From Asterias rubens (lineage: Eukaryota): a stretch of 64,000 nucleotides of DNA. A program made the position numbers and the translations under genes. The stretch covers positions 20,956,001-21,020,000 of the forward strand of contig NC_047067.1 in NCBI RefSeq assembly GCF_902459465.1. Reading direction: 5' to 3'. How positions within the stretch are numbered: the first letter of the stretch is position 1; each line of letters begins with the position of its first letter. Below the pieces are notes generated by a model, which worked only from the letters and a program-made list of their open reading frames with translations, did not search any database and had not been told where the DNA came from. This document shows, piece by piece, positions 63,126-64,000 of this stretch.

Positions 63126-63635
63126 ACGCACGGACGAGAGAAACAGACAAGGGAAGGGCGCGTATTAGACGGTCGACAGGAGTTGTTGATTGTATTGTGT
63201 ACAGCGATGCATTCCTTGGCATTAGACCATGTATCCATGGTCGGTTAGCGTAATTGAAAGGTATTCTAGAGGCAGATTACATGTTAGGGAAGGTTCCTTC
63301 CATCAAGAGAAGTGAACGTCGTCAAATTCAAATTAAATTGATGCTCTTCTTGTCTTGTCCAGCAAAACACTATTGGCTCTTGAAGGATTTTATTTTATCG
63401 GTTGGTATGGCAACTGGCCAAATTAAGGTACACTATATTGCATGGCTTAATATAGGTACGGAGGAGTGATGATATAAATTTTTCTTGCACTTACAAAAAT
63501 CTTTTGAAAACAATTTCTTCACCCTTTTTCATTTCCTCTCTTTTTATACATATTACGTTTTTTTTTTATAAATTTATTTATGACTTTTTTCAAATTGTTA
63601 TAGTTTTAGAAAGTAAGGGTGCATCTAAGGGTGAA

Positions 63636-63994
63636 GAGATTATTACCCCCCCCCCCCCCTTCCCCACGGCTTATGATAGAGATTATTACCCACCCCCTTC
63701 CCCACGGCTTATGATAGAGATTATTACCCCCCCCCCCTTCCCCACGGCTTATGATAGAAATTATTACCCCCCCCCCCTTCCCCACGGCTTATGATAGAGA
63801 TTATTACCCCCCCCCCCTTCCCCACGGCTTATGATAGAGATTATTACCCCCCCCCCCCTTCCCCACGGCTTATGATAGAGATTATTACCCCCCCCCTTCC
63901 CCACGGCTTATGATAGAGATTATTACCACCCCCCCTTCCCCACGGCTTATGATAGAGATTATTACCCCCCCCCCCCTTCCCCACGGCTTATGAT
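63636..63994. repeat. Minisatellite, 9 units of ~37-42 bp with variable C tract
   Basis: gagattatta(C)n-ttccccacggcttatgata repeated 9 times. Confidence 0.95.
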
Positions 63995-64000
63995 TTGTTG

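Noticed and set aside
3789-63794. Remaining 60-130 aa ORFs in the track as nested genes
   Set aside because: Low-complexity F/L/I/K-biased translations typical of AT-rich introns or repeats; no recognisable domains or splice-consistent partners.
63636-63994. CRISPR-like array
   Set aside because: No unique spacers, only variable C tracts; eukaryotic intron; no cas genes.

Overview
AT-rich metazoan genomic DNA, probably echinoderm/sea star (inferred from repeat style, not verified). No prokaryotic operons, CRISPR arrays, rRNA or credible tRNA genes were seen. The window is occupied by the 3' half of one large minus-strand Trio/Kalirin-family RhoGEF-kinase gene. I hand-spliced 22 GT-AG exons from 32361 down to the window edge. 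Their phases agree except for one apparent 1-nt deletion in the SH3 exon at 10641-10643. They encode the inter-GEF linker, DH2, PH2, a Ser/Pro-rich region, SH3, Ig and FN3, i.e. a Kalirin-12-like order; the kinase should lie left of the window. Everything above 32361 appears to be one intron of more than 31 kb. It holds candidate isoform-switch modules: Duet-like alternative first exons, a 24-nt microexon and a Kal7/Trio8-position terminal exon. Introns carry tRNA-derived SINEs, MITEs and tandem repeats. They also carry a 400-bp near-perfect inverted repeat with a Penelope-type minimal hammerhead ribozyme core in each arm, plus a third, variant hammerhead 1 kb away. Most ORFs in the supplied track are spurious. 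Vertebrate Trio/Kalirin comparisons are from memory, not from a database search.
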